NCBI GenBank assembly: GCA_034780895.1
Contig: JAUZTB010000117.1
Coordinates: 7,480,770 to 7,544,769, forward strand
Reading direction: 5' to 3'
From: Rhynchobatus australiae
Taxonomy: Eukaryota
Length of the DNA: 64,000 nucleotides
The notes beneath the pieces are model-generated. The model ran no database searches, was not told the origin of the DNA, and was given only the letters and a program-made list of their open reading frames with translations. This document shows, in pieces, positions 63,334 to 64,000 of the stretch (its first letter is position 1; each line of letters opens with the position of its first letter). Both the position numbers and the translations under genes were made by a program.

Positions 63334-64000
63334 ATAGATTTTTTTTTACCCAACATGTGGTTTGGATTCAGAATGCACTGTTAACCAGTGCATAAAGACT
63401 CCAAAGACCGCTTAAATATTTGGCTGAAGTGGGACCCTCTTCAAATGAGCCAGCATAGATGTAATGTGGCCCACCATTCAATGACTCCACCATTGGAGTA
63501 TAGCACTGCCCAGCTCATTTAAGATTGTAAGCTTGGTTTTCAAATCCATCCATTGCCTGCTTTCTATCTGTCTTTGTAGCCTCCTCCAGCCCTATCACCT
63601 TTGAGATATTGGTACTCCACTAATTGACCTTGCACATCCCTGACTTCCCTTGATTTAAGATCAACAGCCAGCAACTGCCAAAGTAGCTCCAAGTCAAATT
63701 CTGTTCAATTATATCACAATATATTGTCTTGGGGCTGTTTGCTCCAAGGTGTTTTGCTGTACATATGGTTAAATGGCCAGTGTTATTCACAAAGGGATTC
63801 TGTGCTGCATTAATTTTAGAACAGTTAAATTGTACTGCACAAACACTTCATATTTGGTAACTATAGTAACGACCAAGAATTTTGTTGCTAGCTATATACC
63901 AGTTTAATTATATAAATTCATGAGGTACATTCACGAGAGAATTGATTCTCCTGCGCAGGATGTTTAGAATATCTAAGCAAGTATATCTGTGGGTTTTTGA

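Overview
Non-coding eukaryotic DNA from a gappy draft assembly (17 N-runs, many of them 100-N placeholders). The repeat content points to a cartilaginous fish, probably a ray or other batoid; this is an inference from family recognition. Recognised families are CR1/HER1-type LINEs, Rex1/Babar LINEs, an RTE-BovB-like LINE, V-domain and Deu-domain SINEs, and the abundant 'gagactgcagatgctggaatctggagc' Penelope-like termini. No intact gene is present. Every ORF in the track is a retroelement relic, a read-through of an N gap, or a chance ORF, so the window looks like a large intron or intergenic region. Points of most interest: (1) the Penelope-like termini carry a minimal type I hammerhead ribozyme motif, with one copy keeping the full catalytic core at 63204-63241, other copies showing compensatory stem changes, and several fold-back insertions turning around at the ribozyme; (2) a young CpG-rich 253-bp solo LTR with a 4-bp TSD; (3) a V-SINE with a Rex1-type 3' hairpin tail alongside CR1-tailed V-SINEs; (4) several nested or chimeric insertions; (5) one weak candidate minus-strand coding exon at 28410-28530. 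Repeat boundaries were read by eye and are approximate unless TSDs or junctions are quoted.
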